A stretch of DNA of 64,000 nucleotides from a virus, in IMG/VR virus record IMGVR_UViG_3300046387_001332; one strand, written 5' to 3'. How positions within the stretch are numbered: position 1 is the first letter of the stretch; each line of letters opens with the position of its first letter. This document shows positions 49,542-59,597 of this stretch, piece after piece. Made by a program: the position numbers and the translations under genes. A model generated the notes under the pieces. It did not search any database. It was given only the letters and a program-made list of their open reading frames with translations, and was not told the DNA's origin.

Positions 49542-51188
49542 TTATGCTAACTCGGTAACTTTGATTCTCGCAGATACATGACCAAGACTTCTATTTAGAT
49601 ATTCCATTGGAACTTTGTTTTCTACAAACAACTCGTTAAAGTATTGATCAATAGTATCTTGTTCTTTTTTAAGATAATCTGTATGGCATCCTTGTTGAAA
49701 TGTTTTTTTGGGTCTCCAGAGCAACTCATCGGAAATCTCTCCTTCAAATGCTTTTCGCAAAACATATTTCATTATGTTTCCTTTGCCATCTGCTTCATCT
49801 CTGTATCTGGTTGGAATTCTCAAACCAAAATCAATGACTTCTTTATTAAGAAACGGAGTTCTTAATTCTACCTTACCACCATACATCATTGCTTTGTTTG
49901 TTCTAATAAGATTGTTCTTGTGAAGATTGTTTATGAGGTTAACTCGTTTTTGATGCCAGGCAAGTGGATCAGGCCAGCAAAATCTTTTAACATCTCCATA
50001 ACTAGCAAATATTTCATCTGCTCCTTCTCCACCAAATACCACTTTGTATCCTTTGTCTCGGATTTCCCAAGATAAAAATAATTGAGCAACTGCTGGAGAT
50101 ACTTGTGTCCATTTGTGGGTTTCTGATGCCCATATGCTTTCTTTTAAATTATTCTGAATATCTTCTTTACTTACATTAACTTCGTGCAATCTAACACCCA
50201 ATTCTTTTGATGCTATTTTAGCATAATACAAATCATCTTTCAAAGTTTGCTTACGATTAGATGTCACATTCACAACAAATGCTTCAATGTTTGGGTTTTT
50301 CTTTTTAAGTAGGTATGTGATTATGGTGCTGTCTATACCACCGCTTAAAATTGTACAAATTGGAGTATCACTTATTAGTTCATCATCAACTGCTTTTTCC
50401 AACCGTTTTCTAAATTCAGATGCGTAGTAATCAATTCCTTTATCTTCTTTCTCAAATAATTTTAAGTCTGTTTCTGATCGTGTATATAAAGTTGGATTCT
50501 CTGGATTAAACTCTGGTTTGAAATCGTTCCATCTTTTAATCTCACAATTTGTTACTCCGATTAAATTTTCGGAAACCGTTACAATTGTTCCAGGTTCTAC
50601 TACTTTTATTTTTTCTTCTTCACCCCTTGGTGCTTTGCGATTTCTATCTACATTAAAAAACTTCAGTTCTTTGTTTGCTGATTGTAATCCTTTAACTTCA
50701 CTTGAAAAAACAATCTTTTCGTTTTCAAATGCATAATATAACGGAAGTCTTCCGATAAAGTCTCTTCCTAATGTTAACTGATTTCGTTCTACATCATAAA
50801 AAGCAAAACAAAACATTCCATCAAGATTTTTCATTGCTTCTAAAATATTATCACGATTATCAATCAAATAATAAAGTAACAACTCTGAATCACTTCGTTC
50901 AGTCTTGAAATTGTATTTCTTTCTGAGTTTGTTGTTAAACTTTCTAAAAAATGGTTTCCACATTTCTCCGTTGAAGGCCAGCACAAATTTTTCATCTTCA
51001 GAAATAAGTGGTTGATTTGCTGACTCTGATAAATCTTGTATAGACAAACGATTGTGACTCATATAAAAATCATTCTTCTCAAAATGAAATATAACATTGC
51101 CATCTGTTCCCCGATGCATAATTGAAGCAAGACCGTTTTTTACGTCTTGTATATTGTTGAAAGAGTTACCCCCTAATATTCCACACAT
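49542..51188 (-). CDS. asnB: asparagine synthetase B-like glutamine amidotransferase
   Basis: MCGI (Ntn Cys), HRG.D, H.RLSI.DL, FNGE, LSGGIDS PP-loop, GEGADEIF, ELRTPFL. Confidence 0.9.
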   Translation of the reverse strand: MCGILGGNSFNNIQDVKNGLASIMHRGTDGNVIFHFEKNDFYMSHNRLSIQDLSESANQPLISEDEKFVLAFNGEMWKPFFRKFNNKLRKKYNFKTERSDSELLLYYLIDNRDNILEAMKNLDGMFCFAFYDVERNQLTLGRDFIGRLPLYYAFENEKIVFSSEVKGLQSANKELKFFNVDRNRKAPRGEEEKIKVVEPGTIVTVSENLIGVTNCEIKRWNDFKPEFNPENPTLYTRSETDLKLFEKEDKGIDYYASEFRKRLEKAVDDELISDTPICTILSGGIDSTIITYLLKKKNPNIEAFVVNVTSNRKQTLKDDLYYAKIASKELGVRLHEVNVSKEDIQNNLKESIWASETHKWTQVSPAVAQLFLSWEIRDKGYKVVFGGEGADEIFASYGDVKRFCWPDPLAWHQKRVNLINNLHKNNLIRTNKAMMYGGKVELRTPFLNKEVIDFGLRIPTRYRDEADGKGNIMKYVLRKAFEGEISDELLWRPKKTFQQGCHTDYLKKEQDTIDQYFNELFVENKVPMEYLNRSLGHVSARIKVTELA

Positions 51189-51308
51189 TTTTAAATCCTA
51201 GTTTCATGGTTGACTTATAAATAATTTATGTTATTTTAAGGGTCCATTATAAACTGGATATGTAGCTTTTGCTAGCTAAATCGCGTAAAATCAGCGAGTT
51301 GTGTAAAA

Positions 51309-52211
51309 TTACTTGCTGGTAATCTTCGCAATATAATCTTCAAGTTTTATTTTTGCTTGCCAACCAAGGTGTTGGTAAGTTAAAGAGGGAATTGCTTTTC
51401 CGTAAAATCGTTCACCACGACGTTCTGGAATCATAACGTGTTTATGATTGAACATTTTAGCAACATCAATTATTTTGTGTGGAATACCAGTGCCAAGAGG
51501 ATATTCTCCTTGTTGTCCTTTTTCGGCAGCTAATATAACACCACTTACGATGTCGTTGATATGAGTAAAATCTCTTGATTGCTCTCCTGGTTCTACGACA
51601 GTGAGTGGTTCTCCTTTAGAATATTGCTCTTCAAATATACCAATGACGGTTGCGTAATCACCTGTTCTTACTTGTCCGGGACCATAAGCATTATAGAAGT
51701 ATGTGATTTCAAATTTAAGATCAAACCATTCTGCGTAATTGTTGATAAGTTCAACCATTTTTGCTTTCATCCAAGCATACGGAGAAAGGTTTTCGTCTTT
51801 TCCATCGTTACCAAACTTGCTTGAACTTGCAGAATAAATTAACTTTGCTTTTTTTGCGACACAATAATCAAGAACCATTTTAGTTCCTTGCATATTAAAG
51901 TCCCAACAATTATCAAAAGCATCAAAACTTGTTACGATTCTCGAAAACTCTCCGAAATGAAAAACAACATCTGGTTCAAATGCATCTGCAATATCCATCT
52001 TGGTATTGCTTGCATCAAATTTTTTCGGAATCAAAGTTTGAGTATCCTTATTAAGATAAGTTACTTTTTTACTTTTAATATGATTGCTTTCAAATCCACT
52101 ACTATAATTGTCAATGCTTACAATCTGCACATTCTTGTACTTTCTTAAAAGTTTTTTAATAAGTGCAGTTCCTACAAAACCCGCACCACCTGTTATTAGC
52201 ACCTTTTCCAT
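51309..52211 (-). CDS. NAD-dependent epimerase/dehydratase (SDR)
   Basis: TGGAGFVG, SSS, YAWMK (YxxxK), YGPG, RDFTH. Confidence 0.9.
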   Translation of the reverse strand: MEKVLITGGAGFVGTALIKKLLRKYKNVQIVSIDNYSSGFESNHIKSKKVTYLNKDTQTLIPKKFDASNTKMDIADAFEPDVVFHFGEFSRIVTSFDAFDNCWDFNMQGTKMVLDYCVAKKAKLIYSASSSKFGNDGKDENLSPYAWMKAKMVELINNYAEWFDLKFEITYFYNAYGPGQVRTGDYATVIGIFEEQYSKGEPLTVVEPGEQSRDFTHINDIVSGVILAAEKGQQGEYPLGTGIPHKIIDVAKMFNHKHVMIPERRGERFYGKAIPSLTYQHLGWQAKIKLEDYIAKITSK

Positions 52212-52619
52212 TTACTTTTTTTCTTTAAGTCCGGTTAAATCACTTGAACTTCTTATTTTATCTCCAAGTCCATCAATCATTTCTATTCCGTGTTTCTTAC
52301 AAACAACACTTTCTGGAACTTCACCCACACTTCTATCTCCACCGTTGGCAAAGATGTCGGGTTTAATTGCATCGAGAGAATCACACACACTTTTGTCTTC
52401 GTCAATACTGAGAAATGCTTCATCAACAATTCCAATTGCTTCTACGATTTTTACTCGGTCTACTTCGTCCATAAATGGTTTGCCTTTTTTAAGAACACAT
52501 TGATTGTTGTTGTTTACGATAACAACAAGACGATCACCAAGTTCTTTTGCTAATTCAAGATATTCCAAGTGTCCTACATGAATTGGGTCAAAGTATCCAC
52601 TAACTGCTACTGTTTTCAT
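52212..52619 (-). CDS. cytidylyltransferase-like protein
   Basis: SGYFDPIHVGH, KKGKPFM, FANGGDR, SSS; start at ATGA overlap. Confidence 0.85.
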   Translation of the reverse strand: MKTVAVSGYFDPIHVGHLEYLELAKELGDRLVVIVNNNNQCVLKKGKPFMDEVDRVKIVEAIGIVDEAFLSIDEDKSVCDSLDAIKPDIFANGGDRSVGEVPESVVCKKHGIEMIDGLGDKIRSSSDLTGLKEKK

Positions 52620-53035
52620 TGTGGTTGATCCATATCTTCGGTCCACTCATAGGGTGGATAGTTTACATCTGCTATGTGTTTTTCTGGACGATCATAATCG
52701 TCTTGAACTCTGACGATATCATCCTCACCAAAATAAGTTCCTGTTTGAACTTCAATTAAAATCATCATTTCATCATCACTTGGGTTTGCCATACGATGCT
52801 TTGCACCGAGGGGAATCAAAACAGTTTCACCTGGTTTGTAATCGTCTGTGACATCATCTAAGGTTATTCTTGCAACACCACTAACAACTGTCCATGCTTC
52901 TTGTCGCTTGTGGTGATACTGATAACTAAGTCTTTGTCCTGGTTTTACATAAATTCGTTTTACTTTGCAGTATTCTGCATCTAAAAGGATTTCATAATTT
53001 CCCCAAGGTCTAATGCTTTCGTCTTGTTCACTCAT
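52616..53035 (-). CDS. mannose-6-phosphate isomerase type II C-terminal cupin
   Basis: RPWG, PGQRLS.QYH..R.E.W, HR..N, EVQ.G.YFGEDDIVR..DDY. Confidence 0.9.
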   Translation of the reverse strand: MSEQDESIRPWGNYEILLDAEYCKVKRIYVKPGQRLSYQYHHKRQEAWTVVSGVARITLDDVTDDYKPGETVLIPLGAKHRMANPSDDEMMILIEVQTGTYFGEDDIVRVQDDYDRPEKHIADVNYPPYEWTEDMDQPQ

Positions 53036-53041
53036 ATTTTT

Positions 53042-53167
53042 TCATCCCCATCTGTCTGCTAAATCTTGCTCAGATATTTCAGACTTCTTGTATTGTTTAT
53101 TTAAAATTGGTTTAGTCAAAACCAAAAAACTCAATTTGTGTTTCTCAATAAATATTTTACTGCTCAT
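53042..53167 (-). CDS. small hypothetical protein (41 aa)
   Basis: ORF filling gap on operon strand, ATATATATT upstream; read manually. Confidence 0.35.
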   Translation of the reverse strand: MSSKIFIEKHKLSFLVLTKPILNKQYKKSEISEQDLADRWG

Positions 53168-53186
53168 ACTAATATATATTCTGCAT

Positions 53187-53807
53187 TTATATATTTGATG
53201 GTCCACACATATAATTAAATTTTTTAATAGAACGTCTATGACGTTGTGCGACTATTGCACCTGAGTGGTAATTGTAGTATTTCCAATAATCTTCATTTTT
53301 CTTTTTAAATGGAAACTTTCCTATGTTTTTTAAACTTTTATATTCTAAATTTAGTTTTTTACACAAAGATTTGTATTCATCATCTAAATTATCAAACTTC
53401 ATGTAGTGATCCATATTTGCTTCACCTTCCTTATTAAAATAGTATGGTTGATTAAATTGAGTGTAATTTCCAATCCAACGAGCAAATTGCTCCTTAAACT
53501 CATATCCATCGAATTTCATTTTAAGCAGTTTGTCTACATTTTCTCTGTGGTTCTCGCCGACCAAACCACCATCTTGCCACCAAAAATAAGAAACCATTCT
53601 GTCCCAAGGATTTCTTGTGATTGTTATTTTGTAGTAATTGTTGAATATTTTTTTACCTACAATATCATATGCATCACGTGGATTTCTATGAGTTGCATCT
53701 ATTAAATCTTCTTCACCACATTGCTCAATTAGATTATACTCAACACTATTACCACCCACTTTCCAAGGTTTGAAAAATATAAACTTATGTTTGTGAGAGA
53801 CAATCAT
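53187..53807 (-). CDS. sulfotransferase family 2 protein
   Basis: SHKHKFIF..K.GG.S, RNPWDRMVS. Confidence 0.8.
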   Translation of the reverse strand: MIVSHKHKFIFFKPWKVGGNSVEYNLIEQCGEEDLIDATHRNPRDAYDIVGKKIFNNYYKITITRNPWDRMVSYFWWQDGGLVGENHRENVDKLLKMKFDGYEFKEQFARWIGNYTQFNQPYYFNKEGEANMDHYMKFDNLDDEYKSLCKKLNLEYKSLKNIGKFPFKKKNEDYWKYYNYHSGAIVAQRHRRSIKKFNYMCGPSNI

Positions 53808-53820
53808 CTTATTAATTAGT

Positions 53821-54390
53821 TTAAAAATTATGTAAAATTTTTTGAAGTGTTTCTGTTAGAACACTATAATAATCAGTAATTTTTTTGTTGGTAAATTGAG
53901 GGGCAAGTTTTAAGTTTCCAGTCTCATAAAACCACTCTTTAGTTTTTTGGTTTGTAAAAATCTCAAACCTATCTTTAAGTTCTGTTGATAAAAAATCTTC
54001 TTTAATTGATGCAATGTCGAAGTCAATAACAGATAGTATTCCATTTGTGTTTAGACATATGTTTTTGCCACTAAGTACCATATCAAGGTGTTGGATGTTG
54101 CTTTTTTTTAGATTCGTAACAATGCATTTTATTTGTTCATTTTTGTTGGAAATTTTGATTTTTTCTCTTATTTTATCAAGTGAATGACCACAATTTGTTA
54201 ATTTGAGTCTATATTTCGTGTCTAGAGAACTTACAATTTTTGGAAAGTGATAAGTGTTCTGACCACATACACACTTAAAGTTTTTTTCTAACAATAATAA
54301 TATTTCTTTTTCAAGTTGATATGCTTGTTTTTGTGATAAACCTCGTAAAATAGTTTTTTCCTCTGATTTTGTAATTTTATATATTTCCAT
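53821..54390 (-). CDS. protein-kinase-like fold protein
   Basis: HLD....KN, IDFD motifs; start placed at MEIYK. Confidence 0.55.
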   Translation of the reverse strand: MEIYKITKSEEKTILRGLSQKQAYQLEKEILLLLEKNFKCVCGQNTYHFPKIVSSLDTKYRLKLTNCGHSLDKIREKIKISNKNEQIKCIVTNLKKSNIQHLDMVLSGKNICLNTNGILSVIDFDIASIKEDFLSTELKDRFEIFTNQKTKEWFYETGNLKLAPQFTNKKITDYYSVLTETLQKILHNF

Positions 54391-55333
54391 ATATCTCTTC
54401 AAATTTTTCAATAAATGTATGTAACTCTGTTTTTGGTAATTCATTTACTCCGGCTGCTTTTTCACGACCACCACCTGTTGGAAATTGTAGTGCAAGTTTA
54501 CTTGCACCAAATGGGTTTGATTTTGGGGAACGGATACTAATGCGATAGTTATCATCGTTAACTAATGTTAATATTGCAAATGCTTTATCAGGATTATCTG
54601 TGGTTTGCTGATTGCTATAAATTCCGGAATATCTAATAGATGCCTTTGAGTCTGGAAGAAGAATAACTTTACCAGTTTCTGTATCATGTAATATATCCGA
54701 TGAACTTAATTCACTTTCATCACTTTTCATTTGGGTAAATATTTTATTATATACTTCCGACTTCTCTCTGTATTGAAATGGCGATTCGTAGTCTTTTATA
54801 TCAAGATAAACATCTTTGGGATGAACTGTTAAATCAGATTCTTCGTTTCCATATCCATTGTAGTTTAATGTTTCCCCAATTTCTTTTAACTCTAACATAT
54901 GCTCTTTGGTAAAATTTGGATTTAGTTTATCCGCCTGTTCGTGTAAGTTGTCTCCGTATGCTCCACATATTGTCCACGGACGGTATAATCCATCAACATA
55001 TGTGTCCACCAAAATGTTTGTGCAACAATTTGGGTCGGCATCTACAAAAATTTGAAAATTTTCACCAAGTTCTGTTTCACCGGGTTCGTGGTGATCAAAC
55101 CAACGAATTGTGTTTCCATTATTTAGTATTGTATCTACATAATCTTTATTTGATAACAATGATATATCAAATACGGTAAGTTTTGAATTTTTTATGTCAG
55201 TACAATGTCTTAATAATTTTACATCTCGTTTGACACCTGTAAAAACTTCCGAGTCTTTGGGGTAATGCATTCTATATTGATGTAGACTGATTATACCATC
55301 TGCATCTCCATTAAAAAAATCGTAATAACTCAT
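54377..55333 (-). CDS. DHH-family phosphoesterase
   Basis: NGDADG, DIS, FDHH, GGGR..AAG. Confidence 0.85.
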   Translation of the reverse strand: MSYYDFFNGDADGIISLHQYRMHYPKDSEVFTGVKRDVKLLRHCTDIKNSKLTVFDISLLSNKDYVDTILNNGNTIRWFDHHEPGETELGENFQIFVDADPNCCTNILVDTYVDGLYRPWTICGAYGDNLHEQADKLNPNFTKEHMLELKEIGETLNYNGYGNEESDLTVHPKDVYLDIKDYESPFQYREKSEVYNKIFTQMKSDESELSSSDILHDTETGKVILLPDSKASIRYSGIYSNQQTTDNPDKAFAILTLVNDDNYRISIRSPKSNPFGASKLALQFPTGGGREKAAGVNELPKTELHTFIEKFEEIYGNI

Positions 55334-56211
55334 TTGCCTGTTTTCTTTTTGGTAGGAATTAAAGTTTCAACTTCAGCAGAAACTGCTCTACCCTTGTCGT
55401 TCATCCAATCTTTTTCTGGACGATCAAGTTCTTCGTTTCGTTTTATTACAGCATCTAATATTGGGGTTGGAATCATGTTTTTATCTGCAAATTTTGCTAA
55501 AGCATTTGTATCTTTTGGAAAGCAAGTGCCACCAAAACCACGATGGCCATCATGTCCAGGTACTTTTGTGTGACCACTTCCGATTCTTTTATCTTGAGTT
55601 GCTATACAACGAACATTTTCATAATCAATGTTAAGTTCTGTGCAAATACTTTCAAGTTCGTTGAAAAATCCAACTTTAACACTAAGAAAAACATTTTTAA
55701 GATATTTTATTATTTCTGCTTCACTTGGTTTGCACTGTATTACTTCTTTGTTTATAACACTTCCATCTCCGTTGTTATACGCCAGTTCAAACATACGTTT
55801 CATTTTTTCGTACAAAAACGGATCAGTAGAACCAAGTATCCATTGGTCACATTTTTTGAAATCATCTTTCCAGTTTTTTTCTGTGAGAAACTCTGGCATA
55901 AAGTTTACGTCAAGTTCTTCACTTGTTCCAGGAGGAACGGTAGAACGCAGTACAATATATTTAGAATCATCTATTTCTTGTATTTCCTCACAAACAGCAC
56001 GAACAATATTTAAGTTGGCACTTCCGTCTGAGTTCATGGGGGTGGGTACTGCCACAAATATAATTTCCGACTCCTCTACAAACGTTTCTATGTCTAATGT
56101 ATTGGGTTCTCTTTTTTCGGGTACAACGTCCCACACCAATACTTCAACATAAGGTCTTAATAATGTCATAGCATGACCAACAAATCCGTTACCAACAACT
56201 CCAATTTTCAT
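55330..56211 (-). CDS. ugd: UDP-glucose/GDP-mannose 6-dehydrogenase (short form)
   Basis: GNGFVG, AVPTP, RSTVPPG, PEFL, K..N, GFGGTCFPKD. Confidence 0.85.
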   Translation of the reverse strand: MKIGVVGNGFVGHAMTLLRPYVEVLVWDVVPEKREPNTLDIETFVEESEIIFVAVPTPMNSDGSANLNIVRAVCEEIQEIDDSKYIVLRSTVPPGTSEELDVNFMPEFLTEKNWKDDFKKCDQWILGSTDPFLYEKMKRMFELAYNNGDGSVINKEVIQCKPSEAEIIKYLKNVFLSVKVGFFNELESICTELNIDYENVRCIATQDKRIGSGHTKVPGHDGHRGFGGTCFPKDTNALAKFADKNMIPTPILDAVIKRNEELDRPEKDWMNDKGRAVSAEVETLIPTKKKTGK

Positions 56212-56272
56212 ATTACTTCTCACTTTAGTGTAATATAACCTTTGTTATAATAAGTATTTACTATTATCAGTA

Positions 56273-57082
56273 TTACTTGAATTTTCTTTTTATTCTATCA
56301 ATCGCATTTTTGTCAGAAATATTTGTAGAATTTCCGAGAGATGATCCAAAAATATTCAAAACTTCGTTTTTGGAAAACTTACGATCATCTTGAGATGATT
56401 TAATTGTGTGCTTTGCATCTTGTACACCTCGTATTATATTTGATGTCATTTGACTGCTCGTAATTCCCAACCAAGTTATTAGTCCTGGTATTCTACTTAC
56501 CAACCATGCGATTAATTGTGTAATAATTGGTAGTAATGCAGGACCACCTATTATTAAAACTGCAATTGCACCAACAATACCAAATGTTCCTGTTAACCAA
56601 CCCCACATAGAGTCAATGAATCCGTCTTTTTGTTCTTTTGCTTTTAATTCTCCCAAACTAATAAGTTTTTCTTCTGTATCTTTTAAGTCATGTCCAAGCA
56701 TTTGCTTTCTTCTTGCAAGTGTTATAACATCCTCATCTCTGTCCAATAAATTTTTTACTGCAATTTCATTATCATTAATTACATTATCTATATGTATTTT
56801 ATCCCCTGGTTGTGGCAGACCAACTATTTCTTGTGCTTTTCGTGCTAAATCAAGAGCAACTAAATCTTCTTTTGATTTATTCTCTGACAAGGATAGTGCA
56901 TCAACAGTACCTGATATATATGCACTTGTATGTCTATTTAGTTCTGATTCTTTTCTTGAAATCTCTCCTGCAATTTCTTGCCTGTCTTGTTTTAGTCCCC
57001 AATTTGGTAAAGTGAAACATCCTGAAAAAAAGGTACAACATAAAGTAAGTAGCAAGAAAGTGGTAACTTTTTTTGTCTTCAT
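56273..57082 (-). CDS. lipoprotein with C-terminal membrane segment (spanin-like topology)
   Basis: Signal peptide with FSG-C lipobox, helical middle, hydrophobic segment ~aa 160-207. Confidence 0.6.
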   Translation of the reverse strand: MKTKKVTTFLLLTLCCTFFSGCFTLPNWGLKQDRQEIAGEISRKESELNRHTSAYISGTVDALSLSENKSKEDLVALDLARKAQEIVGLPQPGDKIHIDNVINDNEIAVKNLLDRDEDVITLARRKQMLGHDLKDTEEKLISLGELKAKEQKDGFIDSMWGWLTGTFGIVGAIAVLIIGGPALLPIITQLIAWLVSRIPGLITWLGITSSQMTSNIIRGVQDAKHTIKSSQDDRKFSKNEVLNIFGSSLGNSTNISDKNAIDRIKRKFK

Positions 57083-57084
57083 TA

Positions 57085-57969
57085 TTATATATATGGAGTT
57101 TTTTTAATTTTTACTTTTAGTTTTTCTATCTCAGATACAAAACATTGCTCACTTTGCTTTTTTAAATAAGTTGTTTCTTTTAAAAAATGAACATTAAAGT
57201 TTTCTTCTTTTATTGACTCGCATACAAGAGTATCTGTCATTACATATTGTTGTATTCGTGTTCCTGATTTTTTTAAATGTTTGCAACCTTCCATTATGAA
57301 GGTATCGTCTACTCCATAACCAACGAATTTACTTGGGATGTTTATGTATTTGGCTAATTTTGCTGAAATGGTTGTAAACCACCCACCACCCCATTTAAAG
57401 GTTGGAATGGGTTTTAAATTATATTCATGTTTAAAATTTGATATTTCGGTTTCAATGTTTGCATTTTTGTAATAATTGAGTTCTGTTTTCTTGTATTGAT
57501 CAGCAACTATATAGTCCCAAGTTTTATCCCATAATCTAAGTGTTGTAGAAGTAATTACAAAATCTTTTAAAAACTTGCTAACTTTATTTGTAGTAAGCTC
57601 TATTGATTTTAAAATATTAAGTGTAAAGTGTATATCGCAATCAAGAAAAGTTATGTAGTTATTGTCATCTGTTATTGATAATATTTTTCTTCTAAAGTCA
57701 TTTACTCCAAGTATTTTTGCGTCTGTATCAAGAAGTTGTACATCAATTTTTGATTCAATTGAAACTGCTAAATACAAGTCTATTAAATTACTCAGAGTAG
57801 GGTGATTGTATGATTCCTTGCATATAATACTCGGGTTGCTATTTAGATAACTAATTATTTTGAAATTATCAGGTTTATCAACCTGTTTAATGCTTTCATT
57901 GAGTTGTGTTATTATGCGTTGATAATCATAAACCTCATGTGGAAATAAATGTATAGCAATATAATTCAT
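57085..57969 (-). CDS. GT-A fold glycosyltransferase
   Basis: FLDCD (DxD), GYGVDD. Confidence 0.65.
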   Translation of the reverse strand: MNYIAIHLFPHEVYDYQRIITQLNESIKQVDKPDNFKIISYLNSNPSIICKESYNHPTLSNLIDLYLAVSIESKIDVQLLDTDAKILGVNDFRRKILSITDDNNYITFLDCDIHFTLNILKSIELTTNKVSKFLKDFVITSTTLRLWDKTWDYIVADQYKKTELNYYKNANIETEISNFKHEYNLKPIPTFKWGGGWFTTISAKLAKYINIPSKFVGYGVDDTFIMEGCKHLKKSGTRIQQYVMTDTLVCESIKEENFNVHFLKETTYLKKQSEQCFVSEIEKLKVKIKKTPYI

Positions 57970-59597
57970 TTAAATAACAATTTAAAACTTATCTTTAAGT
58001 ACATTAAATTTTCTTGATTGTTCCTTTTTTCTAAAAAATTATAAATTTTGGTGTAATAATCTTTACTATTTTTTAATATCGATTCTCCTGATATATAATA
58101 GTTTGAAGAATCTGAGTAGGATATGTATTTGTGCAAATGCCTATCTATTAACTTTACATCATTATTTACCAATTGATACTTTATTGTTTTTGTTTTAACG
58201 AATAGTGCAATCCATTGTTTGAAATTTAGGTTTGAACGAGTTATGTGCTTATTATCTTCCTTTATGTGTAGATCATGTCTCAATACAATATCTTTATTAA
58301 ACTGACTTATCATATCTTTTTTGTTTTCAAAATTTTCATGTGACATTTTATCATTCACGAAAAAGAAATTACTTTTTATGTTATCATAATTGTTAATAAT
58401 GAATCTAATATAATATTGTTCGTATGTAAGTTTATTAGCATTATCAAGTTCATTTATGATTGTTGCATTTTCTTTGTAAAACTCGGAAAATTTAACATCT
58501 GATTTTAATTTTACACACACAAAGTGGTGTCCTGATATGTTGGGGGTTTCCTTTTTAAATACCTGCATATTCACTTTGGTTAGATATTCAAAGGGTAACT
58601 CTTTGTTTTTAGTTTTGGAGTATTTAGTAATTAGTGATTTGTATTTATTTTTAAATTGTTCATGGTTTCTTGAATTTAGTAAAAAGTCATCTTCATTCCG
58701 TGATTCAAAATACTTTCTAATTGCACAACTTATATCCGCACGATTTAAAAGTAATTCACCTGACTTTGAATACGAGGTGTCTTTTTCAGGAATAAAACCC
58801 AATTTATCTGGAATTATGTCACGGGTATAATATTTTCTATTCACTTGAGTTCCGTGATATTTTACAAGAATTGTATTGTCTGCACATCCAATTGTTTTTG
58901 TTTTATTGTTTTCGTTATACCATTCTATGTAATTTATTTGCATATTTTTATTTGAACCAAAAATTCGTTCTTGGTTATTTTTTATTTTGTCAATAAAGTC
59001 ATCACTTCGTGTATAACCAAGCAGATTTAAATAGTCACCCCCACCACATATGCATTTATCATATAAAGGTGTTTTGATATTTAGTATGTCCTTGTTATAC
59101 ACATAACCGTATCCAGGTTCACCAATTCTATTGAGTGTATTTTTTATATCTACAATTCCCTGTTTGTAGTAAGATGTCATTGATTTTACGCAAATTGTTT
59201 TTCCGTTGCTTTTTTCTTTGTTAATTGTATTTGCAACTTGTACAATATCATGTGTTCTTAATTCATTTTTTATTTTTTGGATCCAGTTATCGTCCTGAAA
59301 TATAATATCCGAATCTAACCAACCTACATATTTGTACTCTTTCATTAGTTTTGTGATACCAATGTTTAGAAGATTTTCTTTTTTCCAAAAAAATGATTCG
59401 TTTTTAAAAGACACAACATCTCCTACATTTTTGTTAATTCTAAGTTTACACTTTCGTGTGTATGATTCTACAAAAATAATTTTCACACCAGGGTGTGTTT
59501 GTATTTTATCGTAGAATAATAAAAAATTTAAATATTTTGATAAATAATTAAGTGGATTGAAATAACAAACCACAAATGCTATGTCTGATGTATTCAT
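57966..59597 (-). CDS. GT-A fold glycosyltransferase with C-terminal domain
   Basis: WKKENLLNIG, WLDSD, GGGD. Confidence 0.65.
   Translation of the reverse strand: MNTSDIAFVVCYFNPLNYLSKYLNFLLFYDKIQTHPGVKIIFVESYTRKCKLRINKNVGDVVSFKNESFFWKKENLLNIGITKLMKEYKYVGWLDSDIIFQDDNWIQKIKNELRTHDIVQVANTINKEKSNGKTICVKSMTSYYKQGIVDIKNTLNRIGEPGYGYVYNKDILNIKTPLYDKCICGGGDYLNLLGYTRSDDFIDKIKNNQERIFGSNKNMQINYIEWYNENNKTKTIGCADNTILVKYHGTQVNRKYYTRDIIPDKLGFIPEKDTSYSKSGELLLNRADISCAIRKYFESRNEDDFLLNSRNHEQFKNKYKSLITKYSKTKNKELPFEYLTKVNMQVFKKETPNISGHHFVCVKLKSDVKFSEFYKENATIINELDNANKLTYEQYYIRFIINNYDNIKSNFFFVNDKMSHENFENKKDMISQFNKDIVLRHDLHIKEDNKHITRSNLNFKQWIALFVKTKTIKYQLVNNDVKLIDRHLHKYISYSDSSNYYISGESILKNSKDYYTKIYNFLEKRNNQENLMYLKISFKLLFK

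Noticed and set aside
49542-51188. Lasso-peptide cyclase/RiPP cluster reading of the AsnB-like gene
   Set aside because: The glutaminase Cys is intact, and no precursor peptide, RRE or transglutaminase-like leader peptidase is nearby.
51277-51306. Third copy of the CTGA-N6-GCAACTTACG motif
   Set aside because: The similarity is too loose to support without a profile search.
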